From a virus: a stretch of DNA of 64,000 bases. Both the position numbers and the translations under genes were made by a program. The stretch is from the IMG/VR virus record IMGVR_UViG_3300046706_000011, positions 26,507-90,506 of that record, one strand, 5' to 3'. The number at the start of each line of letters is the position of its first letter. Position 1 is the stretch's first letter. Shown here one piece after another: positions 53,001 to 62,077 of this stretch. Below the pieces are notes generated by a model, which was not told the origin of the DNA, made no database searches, and saw only the letters and a program-made list of their open reading frames with translations.

Positions 53001-54795
53001 TGAGCACCGATCCCCAGCCGCTGGTCTCCGGGTTCCGGCCGCCGTAGTAATGGTGGACGTTGCCGAAGTCCATGTGGGCGGACAGGTCGCCGGCCGTGTT
53101 CGCCGCCGTCCGGTCGGTGAAGCTCGGCCCGATGACGGGGACGCCGGCCGTCGATGGCGCCCCCTTGACCCTGGCGTAGAGGGCGGGCTGGTGCGCCTGG
53201 ACGGTCGCGGGGACGCCGTTCGGCTCGTTCATGCCCTCGAAGCAGCGGACCTGGGGCAGGCCGACGTTGGCGGCGGCGTAGGTCCAGGCTTGGTCCACGG
53301 TCTGCTGGAGGGCGTTGGTCACGAGGCTCGCGGTGATGCCCTGCTGGGCCTTGAGTTCCTGGAGGCGGGGCGGGACGATCGTGGTGTCGGACATGACGAT
53401 GCCCTCGCGCACGTTGCGCACGCCGATCTCCGCGAGCCGGGGCTTGACGACGGTCTCGTAGGTCGTGGCGTAGTCGGTGCTGGCGAGGTGGACGTTGACC
53501 CCGATGGAGTCCACGAAGGCGTCGGCCATGGTGGCGCGGCCGGTGGCGGTGGGGGGCGTCGTGGGGGTCGGGGCGGCGGTGGCCTGGGCGATCTGGACGA
53601 TGCGGACGAAGCCGTCCACGGAGAGCGAGAAGGTGTCGGCGACCGGATCGACGGCCAGCGCCGAGAAGTTTGCGTCGGTGTTGGGCCGGTTGACGGACGC
53701 CGAGGCGATGCCGGGGACGGCGACCGTGACGGCCTGCGCGGCGGCGGGCTGCTCGACCCTGGTGTCCGGGTTGCTTTCCTGCTTGCCGAGCCAGAGCGCG
53801 AGGTAGAACCGGCCGTCGCGCTTCTGCATCAGCGCGGAGTAGACGTCGGCGGTGCTGCCCGACAGCGTGAAGTTGAGCGACCCCGGCGTGAACGCCGCGC
53901 CGGGGTCCTGGAGGACCTGGATCATGTTCCGGAGCGCGGTCCCGGACGCCTTGAGGGTCCCGTCCGAGCGGACGAGCCCGAACTTGCGCTCGATGTCGAT
54001 GCTCGCCTGGGCCTCGTCCAGCAGCTCGTACACGAACGATCGGACGACGGCCTTGTGGAAATAGTGGAAGAGGAGCATGCGCGGCATGTACTTGGCGACG
54101 AGCGGCGCCGGGGTGCCGAGGTGGCCGCTCGTGGAGTTGACCTCGTCGTGCCAGCCGCATTCGGTGGCGATGATCGGCTTGTTCCCGCAGGTCGCCCGGG
54201 CCGTGTTGATGATCGAGTAGTCGAGGGAGCCGTTGGCGACCCCGTTGCGGATCGATCCCCAGCCGCCGGTCTCGGGGTTCCGGCCGCCGTAGTACTGGTG
54301 GACGTTCCCATAGTCCATGTAGGCGCTGATGTCGCCGCACTGCTCGGCGGGACCCCAGTCGGTGAAGCTCGGGCCGATGACGGGCAGGTTGGCGGTCGCG
54401 GCCGTGTTCCGGAACCGGTTGAACAGGGCCTGCTGGTGCGCCCCGACCGTGAGCGTCTGGCCGTTGGAGTTCGGCTCGTTGGTCCCCTCGATGTAGGCGA
54501 TCTGCGGATACCCGACCGTGGCCGCCCAGGTCCAGGCCTGGTCCACGGTCTGCTGCGCGCCGTTGGAGAGGAGGCTGGCGGTTATGCCGTAGTTGTCGCG
54601 GAGTTCCTGGAGCCGCGGGGGAATGGTCGTGTTGGTGTGCTGGATGCCCTCGCGGACGTAGCGGACGCCGATCTCGTCGAGCCGGGGCTTGACGACGGTC
54701 TCGTAGACCGGGTTGTACGAGGCGTTGATGAGGTGGACGTTGACCCCGATGGAGTCAACGAAGGCGTCCGCGGCCCGCGCGGCGACGACAGGCAT
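50008..54795 (-). CDS. 1595-aa protein with three tandem clan GH-A (GH5/GH39-like) glycoside hydrolase domains plus CBM-like and LamG-like domains
   Basis: Three copies of ADAFVDSIGVN; NEP (two copies), NVH.Y, ECGWH, Y.L.D..FGL...DGT.K. Confidence 0.82.
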   Translation of the reverse strand: MPVVAARAADAFVDSIGVNVHLINASYNPVYETVVKPRLDEIGVRYVREGIQHTNTTIPPRLQELRDNYGITASLLSNGAQQTVDQAWTWAATVGYPQIAYIEGTNEPNSNGQTLTVGAHQQALFNRFRNTAATANLPVIGPSFTDWGPAEQCGDISAYMDYGNVHQYYGGRNPETGGWGSIRNGVANGSLDYSIINTARATCGNKPIIATECGWHDEVNSTSGHLGTPAPLVAKYMPRMLLFHYFHKAVVRSFVYELLDEAQASIDIERKFGLVRSDGTLKASGTALRNMIQVLQDPGAAFTPGSLNFTLSGSTADVYSALMQKRDGRFYLALWLGKQESNPDTRVEQPAAAQAVTVAVPGIASASVNRPNTDANFSALAVDPVADTFSLSVDGFVRIVQIAQATAAPTPTTPPTATGRATMADAFVDSIGVNVHLASTDYATTYETVVKPRLAEIGVRNVREGIVMSDTTIVPPRLQELKAQQGITASLVTNALQQTVDQAWTYAAANVGLPQVRCFEGMNEPNGVPATVQAHQPALYARVKGAPSTAGVPVIGPSFTDRTAANTAGDLSAHMDFGNVHHYYGGRNPETSGWGSVLNGVANGSLDYTVINVGRVTCGNKPIIATECGWHDAINSTSGHTGTPANLVARYMPRMFLYHYFHKAVVRSYMYELLDEPSRSLDIERAFGLVRSDGTLKASGTALKNLIAVLKDPGPEFVPDPLAFTLSGVTTNVFSALMQKRTGLFYLALWVGKQESNPDTKVETAAAPQAVTLAVPGLAAAAVNVPNTDANFANLTIANASVPLSLDGNVRIVRLRTAAPRAFGPADAFVDSIGVNTRMTAAAYSPVYETVVKPRLAEAGIRHVREPVALANATLATRVQDLNANSGVRAGFLADSTLQTADQVHGFVAATIGAPRASSVEGNYITTTNNLAATSAAYQQSLYARLKGDAATAAIPVVGPSLPDPATAAAVGNLSASLDYGNLRIAYSGRHPEGGGFGSVLNGYANGGIDYQIHNVARVACGPAKPLFNCECGWHDAVDSTSGHKGAPEAVVAKYMPRLFLFNYFHRDIVRSYLYDLLDQGTDPLNFAHNFGLLQPDGTPKAAFAAVKNLTALLRDPGASFATVPLDVAVTGATTDAYTALMQKRNGNYYLALWLGKQEYNPDTKVESVAADQSVTVAVPGMAAASVNQPNVGTALTPLAVTDGAFTLPVSGTVRIVEIRLLRDAPSGNLVAAGSWTTGGAGTATGGATVTINGVATGATYARQSFATVPGGTYWLTFEVLAAAVLPVVSVGTTAGGAETVAAASAAAGSNRVAFTAAASTTWVQFQRTGTGTSSVNAVSVERVLPSSRTARRLNGTTQYFQLNALSLGLRTANYSWYVGGWIRFDTATVGGVYVADFGLTAAPGGAGAGRVRLVTGTGTATKVFASSILPDGSSYRESSGTADVAVGSWYYIGVIATSTADVQVVWGATKPTTRTGTVPSLQATSVCQVLQLGARVGNPASGFAPASYSDWIWCSGTIPTDAQLQALAAGTRPNEVPGFFPTYHWPMSQEGAAEPSIAGAATLTAVSAPLLAVGPASATPAVPAVPSPMDIIIV

Positions 54796-54822
54796 TCTGG
54801 ATGTCCTTCGATGGTCCTGGGG

Positions 54823-54926
54823 GTTGCGGCGCTGAGGCGTTGCGGCGCGACGGTGCCGCGGCGTTGCGACGTTACGGCGCCGCGGCGTTGAGGCGTTGCG
54901 ACGTTACGGCGCGACGGCGCTGAGGC
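54823..54926. repeat. 13-unit degenerate 8-bp tandem array (consensus about GYTRCGGC)
   Basis: gttgcggc gctgaggc gttgcggc gcgacggt gccgcggc gttgcgac gttacggc gccgcggc gttgaggc gttgcgac gttacggc gcgacggc gctgaggc. Confidence 0.85.
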
Positions 54927-57606
54927 CGCGCAGGTCGTAGCCGCCGCCGCGCGCGACCTTGAGCGCCTTGAGCTTCTGGCGGGCGAGGCGGACGCGGGCG
55001 TCGGTCGGGGCGCAATAGTGCTGGTACATGTCGAGGGCGAACATGATCTGGATGAAGTAGGCGGTCGCGCCGGTCGAGACGTTGGCGGCGGTGCGCATGA
55101 CGTGGCCGGGCGCCCCGAACACGCTGTTGTGCGACAGGTGGCCGGAGATGGCGGCGCCGCCCGCGTCGAAGGTGACCGGGGGTCCGTTCAGCGTGGTGGA
55201 GAGCTTGGCGGTGGTCCCGGAGGCCTGGACCGTGTAGTAGACCTGCCCCCGGACCAGCCCCGCCGGGATCTTGGTCATGTCGATGACCGTGGCGGGCTCG
55301 TCGAACTTGTGGACCCCGGTTATGGTGACGACCTGCCCGTTGGCGACGGTGAAGTGCGGGAAGAGCGGGGTCCCGAAGTCGATGGTCTGGTTGTCGGTCG
55401 TGAAGGTGACGCGGTGCGGCCCGCCGCCCCACTGGATGTGGTAGGCCCAGATCCGGCGGTCCTGGTTGGTCGCCCCGGTCCCGGCGCTGTCGGTGATGTG
55501 GTAGTACTCGTCGATCTGCGCCGGGTCGGGCTTCATCAGGTACACGTCGTCGTCGTGCCACCCGCCCGCGAGCACGGTCGGGGTGTGCGCCCACCACTCG
55601 GCCCACTCGCGCACCCTCGGGTTCTCGGTGATGCCGTGGCCGTAGGCGAGCGCGTGCAGCCCGAAGGCGTGCATCCAGACCTTGGTCTCGGGCTCCTGGC
55701 TGGAGCTGTAGGGCAGGGTCCTGACGTCGGTGAAGTTGCGCCCGTCCGGGTTGGGCCAGATGGTGGTCCTCCAGCGGTCCTGCTCGTAGACCTGCTCGGG
55801 GATGACCTCGTGCCAGTGGTTCCACATCGCCGTGACGAGCTGGTGGTGCGGGTCGGCCGGGTTGCCGATGGCCATGGCGTTGACGATGGGGCGGACGCCG
55901 TGGGCGACGCCGCGGACCTGCCCGCTCTTGACGATGCCGCCGACCTGGAGGTTGGGGCCGGCGCGGGTGATCAGGGTGGTGAAGAAGCCGAAGGCGGGGT
56001 CCGAGAAGGCGCCGGGCAGGGTCGCCTCGGCGTAGACGAGGTCGAGCATGTGCTGGTCGCCCTCGGTGAGGTAGGTCCACCACGCGACCTGCGGGAAGTG
56101 CGCGGCGTCCTGGTTCCGGATGTAGGCGTTGAGGTTCTTGTCGGTCGGCCCGCTGGGGCGCGCGCCGCTCCAGACCGAGGCGCCCAGGACGGTCGGGTTC
56201 GGGTTGCGGGCGGGCGGCAGGTAGCAGATGATCTTGCGCGTCGTGCGGTTGAAGGCATGGCCGCCGAGCGCGGCCATGCCCCAGGCGTTGACGCGGGCGA
56301 GCTGGGACTGGCTGACGGCCTCGGCGACCGGCCGGCGGGCGTGGGCGACCATGGCCCAGCAGAAGGGCAGGCTGGTGGTCCAGCTCAGGTTGGCGTTGTC
56401 GCCGACCTCGTCCTGGTCCGGGTTCAGGATGCCGCGGCCCTGGGGCGCGAAGGTCGGGGCGGCCTGGGCGGCGTAGGACGGGTTGTTGGTGTCGTAGGGC
56501 GGGAAGAACCTGGTCGCCACGCCGTAGGCGGTGTTCTGCCGGTAGACCAGGACCGGCGGGGTGACGAAGCTGTCGGTCGCGACGTCGTACCAGTCCATCC
56601 TCCCGGTCGGGCCGGGCGAGGCGTAGAAGCCGCCGACGTAGCTGTCCCGGTTGGCCCACCCGGCGGTCGGGGAGGCCAGCGAGGCGCCCCGGACCACGGT
56701 CCCGTTGACCTTGAGGTCGATGCTGGCCTGGACGCCCTGCTCGTCGGCCGGGATCGCGCCGTCCGACCAGCCGAACATCGAGCGGAAGACGAACTCGATG
56801 CGGGCCGGGCTGTTGGCGGTCCCCCTCCAGGCGCGGGCATAGAGGAACGCGCCGAGGTTGGCGTCGGCCGATCCGTCCGCCTTGGCCGCCATGGCGGTGG
56901 CCCGCCACTCGGTGACCAGCCGCCCGGCCATGACGGTCTCGATCCACGCGGCGTTGCCGGCGCCGAGCATGTCGGCCGACCGGAAGTACTTCGGCCCGCG
57001 CTGCGCGGTCAGGACCCCGGCGACGGTTCGCCCGGTCCAGGAGGTGAACGCCCATTCGAGCGCGACCCTGGATGTGACGGCGGACGGGGCGGTGTGGAGC
57101 GGCGCGTCGTGGGCGGTCCACGGCCCGGAGACGCGGCGCCAGGAGAGCGTCTTGGTCCCGCCGACCGGGATGGAGGCGGGGACGACCATGCGGACCTGGG
57201 CGTGCTTGAGGGAACCGTCCGTCCAGAACACGCGGTTGGAGACCTGGAGCGGGATGGCCGCGCCGTCGATGGTGGCGGTCAGGCTGGTCCCGTCCGGGAC
57301 GTCGCCCTTCGCGAAGGCCTGCCCGGCGCTGAGTTCCTGGTTGGCCCAGGTCGGGACCGTGTCGCCGTTCTCGACGGTCGTGCTGAACAGCAGCGTCCCG
57401 CCGGCCGGATCGACGGGGGCCGGGGCGGGGACGGCCCGGGACCCGGCGGCGGCCGTCCGCGCCATGGGGACGGCGGACGGGGACGTCGAGGGCGGCGGGA
57501 CGGGCGGGGGCGGGACGACCGGGGGCGGCCCGGCGGCGACGCGCAGGACGCCGCCCCCGGGGCCGCGGAACAGGCCGCCGCCGGGGGACCGGACGAGCCG
57601 GGGCAC
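54904..57606 (-). CDS. 900-aa protein, possible polysaccharide lyase-like (YetA/PcRGLX-type N-terminal barrel plus helical core)
   Basis: GQAFAKGDVP.G..L...PLQ...W.DGSLKHA and an aromatic-rich helical core (D.AH.P....YLTEGD...LD). Confidence 0.5.
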   Translation of the reverse strand: MPRLVRSPGGGLFRGPGGGVLRVAAGPPPVVPPPPVPPPSTSPSAVPMARTAAAGSRAVPAPAPVDPAGGTLLFSTTVENGDTVPTWANQELSAGQAFAKGDVPDGTSLTATIDGAAIPLQVSNRVFWTDGSLKHAQVRMVVPASIPVGGTKTLSWRRVSGPWTAHDAPLHTAPSAVTSRVALEWAFTSWTGRTVAGVLTAQRGPKYFRSADMLGAGNAAWIETVMAGRLVTEWRATAMAAKADGSADANLGAFLYARAWRGTANSPARIEFVFRSMFGWSDGAIPADEQGVQASIDLKVNGTVVRGASLASPTAGWANRDSYVGGFYASPGPTGRMDWYDVATDSFVTPPVLVYRQNTAYGVATRFFPPYDTNNPSYAAQAAPTFAPQGRGILNPDQDEVGDNANLSWTTSLPFCWAMVAHARRPVAEAVSQSQLARVNAWGMAALGGHAFNRTTRKIICYLPPARNPNPTVLGASVWSGARPSGPTDKNLNAYIRNQDAAHFPQVAWWTYLTEGDQHMLDLVYAEATLPGAFSDPAFGFFTTLITRAGPNLQVGGIVKSGQVRGVAHGVRPIVNAMAIGNPADPHHQLVTAMWNHWHEVIPEQVYEQDRWRTTIWPNPDGRNFTDVRTLPYSSSQEPETKVWMHAFGLHALAYGHGITENPRVREWAEWWAHTPTVLAGGWHDDDVYLMKPDPAQIDEYYHITDSAGTGATNQDRRIWAYHIQWGGGPHRVTFTTDNQTIDFGTPLFPHFTVANGQVVTITGVHKFDEPATVIDMTKIPAGLVRGQVYYTVQASGTTAKLSTTLNGPPVTFDAGGAAISGHLSHNSVFGAPGHVMRTAANVSTGATAYFIQIMFALDMYQHYCAPTDARVRLARQKLKALKVARGGGYDLRGLSAVAP

Positions 57607-57607
57607 C

Positions 57608-59197
57608 CTAGACCTCGTACCCGGTGAAGGTGACCTGGAGGCCGAGCGCCCCGGTGCCGGCGGCGCTGACGTTGATCTGGCAGACGGCGGATTTGGCGAC
57701 GGTCTGCTGGACGAAGGACGTGGCGGTGGCCGTGCTGGTGTTGGCGGCGACGGTCTGGGGAGCGCTGAAGATCGAGGTGCCGACGACGACGTCCAGGGTC
57801 GTGGCGGTGCTGCCGACCGTGGGCGTGTAGACCTCGACCGAGGTCAGGCGCATGGCGAGCGGCCACTTGAACTTGCGGATCGCGATGCCGGTGGCGACGG
57901 GCGTGCTCTCGCCGAACACCGGGACGAGGACGGCGCGCGTGGACAGGAAGGCGACGGCGTCGCCGGCCGCGTTGAAGCGGACGACCTGCCCCTCGGTCCC
58001 GGCGAGCTCGTTGGTCGTGGCGTAGGAGCCGATGGTATCGACGGTGCGCGCCGGGTTCATGTAGACGGCGGTGGAGGTGCCGGCGACCGCCTCGGCCTGG
58101 GTCGCGAAGGTGCCGGCGGTCCCGCCGCCGCCGCCGGCCGCGGACAGGACGCCGGCCCCGTCGATGGCGAGGCCGGTGCCGACCTTGACGCCGCCGAGCA
58201 CCGAGGCCGTGGCGGCGGGCAGGGTGTAGGGGGTGGCCGGGACGACGGAGAGGGTTCCGGAGCCGTCCGAGGTCAGGCCGGTCCCGACCCGGACGATGCC
58301 GGCGGTAGTGGTGCTGGCGACCGGCTGGGCCGAGGACAGGACGCCCGCGCCGTCGATGGCGAGGCCGGTGCCGACCTTGACGCCGCCGAGCACGGACGCC
58401 GTCGCGGTGGGCAGCGCGTAGGCGGCGGCGAGCAGGCCGTTGACGTCCACGGTGAGCCCGGCGCCGACCCGGACCCCGCCGAGCGTCGCGGCGGATGCGG
58501 GCGGCAGGACGTAGGTCCCGCCCGAGAGCAGCGAGGCGCGGACCTTGCGCAGGCCGCCGGCCGCGCTGTCCAGGCTGACGAGGTAGTGGTTGTTGAGGTT
58601 GGGGGCGGTGTCCTCGGACTGGCCGGCGATGTCCAGGGAGACGGCCCGGTCGGCGGCCTGGGTCCCGCCGCCGGCCAGGCCGGGGCCGGCGGCGACCGAC
58701 CGGGAGGCCGGGACGAGGCCGGTGGCCGCGACGGTGACCGTGCTGGTCGCGGCGTTGGTGCTGACGGCGATGTTGGCGCCGGGGGCGACGTTGAGGGTCT
58801 GGGCGGGCGCGGTCGCCGTGACCGAGGACTGGCCGGGGACCGCCACGGTGCCGAAGGTGTTGGGCGGGACGGCGGTCGCGGCGGGCAGGCGGTCGAGGCG
58901 GACGCGGCGGGCGGCGTTGGCGCTGGCGTCCAGGGTGACGACGTAGTCGGCCGAGGCGGACGGGGCGGTGTCCTCGGTCAGGGCGGCGACGTCGAGGCGC
59001 AGGGTCCGGTCGGCGGTGAGGTCGCCGCCGCCCGCGATGCCGCCCTCGGTCAGGATCGACCGGGTCTCCGGGGCGAGGCCGTCCACCAGGACGCCGCGCA
59101 GCATCTTCCGGTCGGCGCCGTTGCGCACGACGTAGAGCGTGTCGCCGTCGTCCGGGGAGATCTCCTCGGGAAGCTGGTCGAGCCTCTGGTCAGCCAT
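57608..59197 (-). CDS. head/virion fibre protein with Y.LP.ATASVLGGVKVG repeats
   Basis: Four repeats. N-terminus paralogous to 59243-62062. Confidence 0.75.
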   Translation of the reverse strand: MADQRLDQLPEEISPDDGDTLYVVRNGADRKMLRGVLVDGLAPETRSILTEGGIAGGGDLTADRTLRLDVAALTEDTAPSASADYVVTLDASANAARRVRLDRLPAATAVPPNTFGTVAVPGQSSVTATAPAQTLNVAPGANIAVSTNAATSTVTVAATGLVPASRSVAAGPGLAGGGTQAADRAVSLDIAGQSEDTAPNLNNHYLVSLDSAAGGLRKVRASLLSGGTYVLPPASAATLGGVRVGAGLTVDVNGLLAAAYALPTATASVLGGVKVGTGLAIDGAGVLSSAQPVASTTTAGIVRVGTGLTSDGSGTLSVVPATPYTLPAATASVLGGVKVGTGLAIDGAGVLSAAGGGGGTAGTFATQAEAVAGTSTAVYMNPARTVDTIGSYATTNELAGTEGQVVRFNAAGDAVAFLSTRAVLVPVFGESTPVATGIAIRKFKWPLAMRLTSVEVYTPTVGSTATTLDVVVGTSIFSAPQTVAANTSTATATSFVQQTVAKSAVCQINVSAAGTGALGLQVTFTGYEV

Positions 59198-59242
59198 GCG
59201 GGGGCCTCGCTGGGCTGGGGGGCGGGGACGGGCGCGGCGGCA

Positions 59243-62062
59243 TCAGGTCGTCTTGGTCTTCTCGACCAGCGTCCAGTTCGCCGTGTCCATCACGAACAGG
59301 GCGCTCTCCCCGGCGCCGGCCAGGGTGGTCAGGACGGTCCCGTTGTGGTTGGCGATGCTCAGGGCGAAGGCACCGGTCGAGGACGGGGTCCGCGAGACCT
59401 TCATGACGGCCCCGGCGGGAACGCGGGGGATGGCGTAGGCGGCGTCGAACACGTCGTCGATGGTGCGCGCGAGCGTGACGGTCCGGACCGCGGTGAGCGG
59501 GCTGACGAAGCGCTGCCAGCTCCCGTGCTTGAGCAGGTACAGGGTGTTGGCCGGGGTCCCGGCGGTGACCGGGACGGCCTCGTCGCCGCCCCAGGCGCAG
59601 TAGCCGCCGGAGACGCCCCCGACGACGTTGTTGAAGGTGCGCAGCGGCCCCTGGTAGGTCGAGTCCGACTTGCCCAGCGCATGCCAGCACAGGTCGTCGA
59701 GGTTGTAGTGCTCGGTCGATCCGGTGCGGCGCAGGGTGATGTTGTGGAAGTGGCCGTAGGCGCCGTCCATGGTCACGTTGCCGTCGCAGCCGAACAGGGA
59801 GGTGCGCACGGTGCCGGTCTTCTTGACCATGGAGATGTGCATGCCGCGCACCTCCAGGTGGGCTTGGGCGAAGGAGGAGAACAGCACGCCGTTGGCGACC
59901 CCGTTGGCGGTCTGGTCGAACCGGGTGTCGGCCATGGTGCCGCCGTTGAAGGTGGTGGTGGCGAGGCTGTCGGTGTGGACGACGACGCCGAAGCCGGCGG
60001 CGTTGGCGGTCGGGGTGATGCCCTCGAAGTTGACCGAGTTGATGACGGTGCCGTTGCACGAGGAAAGGTGGATGGCGCGGCGGCACTTGATCCACTCGAC
60101 GTTGAGCTGGTTGAACGTGGTCTGGCCGGTCGAGAGCATGAGCACGCCGCCGTTGCAGGGCGCGCTGGTGCCGTTGCCGGTGATGTACATGTTGTTGATC
60201 TGCGACCCGGTGCCGCGCCGGGAGCAGAAGCCCCAGCCGGTGTTGGCCGCGACGTTGATCTCGATGTGGTTGTACTGGTTGCTGTAGGAGCCGCCGCCGC
60301 TCGCCCCGGTCGGGTCCGGGCTGTCCTGGCAGATGCCGATCCAGGCGTTGCGGATGGTGATGTTGTCGAACCGGTTGAACAGCGCGTCGCGCAGGCGGAG
60401 CGCGGCGTGGGGGTCGGTGATCGTGTAGTCGAAGGTGGCGCCGGTCGTCTGGATCGCGGCGTACTCCAGCTCCAGGTTCATGACCGTGTTGTGCCGGCAG
60501 CCGTTGAGCCGGATGATCGAGACGCCCGAGGCCTGCTGGACCAGGGTGGCGCCCTCGCCGTCGAGGACGCGGACGTCGGCGTGGCCGCCGGCCAGGGTCA
60601 GCTCGCCGCTGATCTCGACGGTCCCGCCGCCGAGCGCGACCTTGCCGGAGCCCTGGGCCTGCATCGCGTTGATCGCGGCCTGGATGGCGGCGGTGTTGGC
60701 GGTCCGGACGGCGGCGGACTGGCCGGTGCCGCGGGTGACGCCGGTCGGGCGGATGACGCCGTCGCTCGGGGTCCCGCCGGACGACGCGACGCTGATCGTG
60801 CCGTCCACCGCGGCGATGATCCCGGACCCGACCTTGACGCCGCCCAGGACGGAGGCGGTGGCGGGCGGCAGGGTGTAGCTCGATCCCCCGGTGACCGTGA
60901 CGCTGCCGGCGCCGTCGATGGCGAGGCCCGCGCCGAGCTTGATCCCGCCGAGGACCGAGGCGCTGGCGGTGGGCAGGGAATACGGGGCGGCGACCGAGAT
61001 CGCGCCGTCCCCGGCGATCGTGACGTTGGCGCCCTGGCGGACGCCGCCGAGCGTCGTGGTGGTGGCGATGGGCAGGACGTAGGCGGAGCCCTGGGGCGGG
61101 GCGGACAGGACCCCGGCGCCGTCGATGGTCAGGCCGGTCCCGACCTTGACGCCGCCGAGCACGCTCGCGGAGGCCGTGGGCAGGGAATAGGGCGCCCCGG
61201 CGCTGATCGTGCCGTCCCCGGACACGGCGATGTTGGCGCCGACCTTGACGCCGCCCAGGCTGACCGAGGTCGCGGGCTGGATGGTGTAGTTGAGGGTCAG
61301 GACGCCGTTGGCGTCCACGGCGAGGCCGGACCCGGCGATGACGCCGCCGAGCGCGCTGCCGGTGGCCTTGGGCAGGACGTAGGTCCCGCCGGAGAGCAGC
61401 GAGGCGCGCAGCTTCCGGACCGTGCCGGTGCCCGTGTCGAGCGAGACGAGGTAGTGGTTGGCGAGCGTCGGCGCCGTGTCCTCGGACTGGCCGGCGATGT
61501 CGAGGGCGATCGAGCGGTTGGCGGAGAGGTCGCCGCCGCCGGTCAGGCCCGGCCCGGCCGACACGCTGAGCGCGGTCGGGACGACCCCGGTCGCGGCGAT
61601 GGTCACGGTGTCGGTGACGCTGCTGGTGGTGATGGCGATGTTGGCGCCGGGGGCGAGGTTGAGGGTGTCGGTGTTGCCGTCCGCGATGATGGTGGGCTGG
61701 CCGGCGACGGCGACGCGGTCGAAGGTCTGCTGGGACTGGGTCGTCACCGGCAGTCGGTCGATGCGGACCTTGCGGGGCTGCCCGGCGGCGGTCTCGTGGA
61801 CGAGCACGAAGTCGGCGGCGGCGACCGGCGACAGGTTCTCGGCGAGGCCCGGCACGTCGAGCGCGACGGTGCGGTCGGCCGACAGGTTCCCGCCGCCGGA
61901 CAGGCCGGGGCCGGTCGCGACGGCGCGGGACTCGCGGACGAGGCCCGAGACCAGGGTCCCGCGCTTGACCTTGATGTCGCCCCCCTCACGCACGGCGTAC
62001 AGGAAGTCGCCGTCCTGGGGGAGCAGTTGCTCGGGAAGCTGGTCGAGGGTCTGGTCCGCCAT
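59243..62062 (-). CDS. fibre protein with Y.LP.A...LGGVK repeats and C-terminal beta-helix (depolymerase-like) domain
   Basis: Six repeats, then NTAAIQAAIN....G.GKV.L..G...I and beta-helix-like sequence. Confidence 0.78.
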   Translation of the reverse strand: MADQTLDQLPEQLLPQDGDFLYAVREGGDIKVKRGTLVSGLVRESRAVATGPGLSGGGNLSADRTVALDVPGLAENLSPVAAADFVLVHETAAGQPRKVRIDRLPVTTQSQQTFDRVAVAGQPTIIADGNTDTLNLAPGANIAITTSSVTDTVTIAATGVVPTALSVSAGPGLTGGGDLSANRSIALDIAGQSEDTAPTLANHYLVSLDTGTGTVRKLRASLLSGGTYVLPKATGSALGGVIAGSGLAVDANGVLTLNYTIQPATSVSLGGVKVGANIAVSGDGTISAGAPYSLPTASASVLGGVKVGTGLTIDGAGVLSAPPQGSAYVLPIATTTTLGGVRQGANVTIAGDGAISVAAPYSLPTASASVLGGIKLGAGLAIDGAGSVTVTGGSSYTLPPATASVLGGVKVGSGIIAAVDGTISVASSGGTPSDGVIRPTGVTRGTGQSAAVRTANTAAIQAAINAMQAQGSGKVALGGGTVEISGELTLAGGHADVRVLDGEGATLVQQASGVSIIRLNGCRHNTVMNLELEYAAIQTTGATFDYTITDPHAALRLRDALFNRFDNITIRNAWIGICQDSPDPTGASGGGSYSNQYNHIEINVAANTGWGFCSRRGTGSQINNMYITGNGTSAPCNGGVLMLSTGQTTFNQLNVEWIKCRRAIHLSSCNGTVINSVNFEGITPTANAAGFGVVVHTDSLATTTFNGGTMADTRFDQTANGVANGVLFSSFAQAHLEVRGMHISMVKKTGTVRTSLFGCDGNVTMDGAYGHFHNITLRRTGSTEHYNLDDLCWHALGKSDSTYQGPLRTFNNVVGGVSGGYCAWGGDEAVPVTAGTPANTLYLLKHGSWQRFVSPLTAVRTVTLARTIDDVFDAAYAIPRVPAGAVMKVSRTPSSTGAFALSIANHNGTVLTTLAGAGESALFVMDTANWTLVEKTKTT

Positions 62063-62077
62063 GGCCCGCGCCCGCCG

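Noticed and set aside
15019-54795. Duplicated segments (lysis paralogs, GH domains 1 and 2) as a diversity-generating retroelement TR/VR pair
   Set aside because: No reverse transcriptase is present, both copies are coding, and the differences are not visibly adenine-specific.
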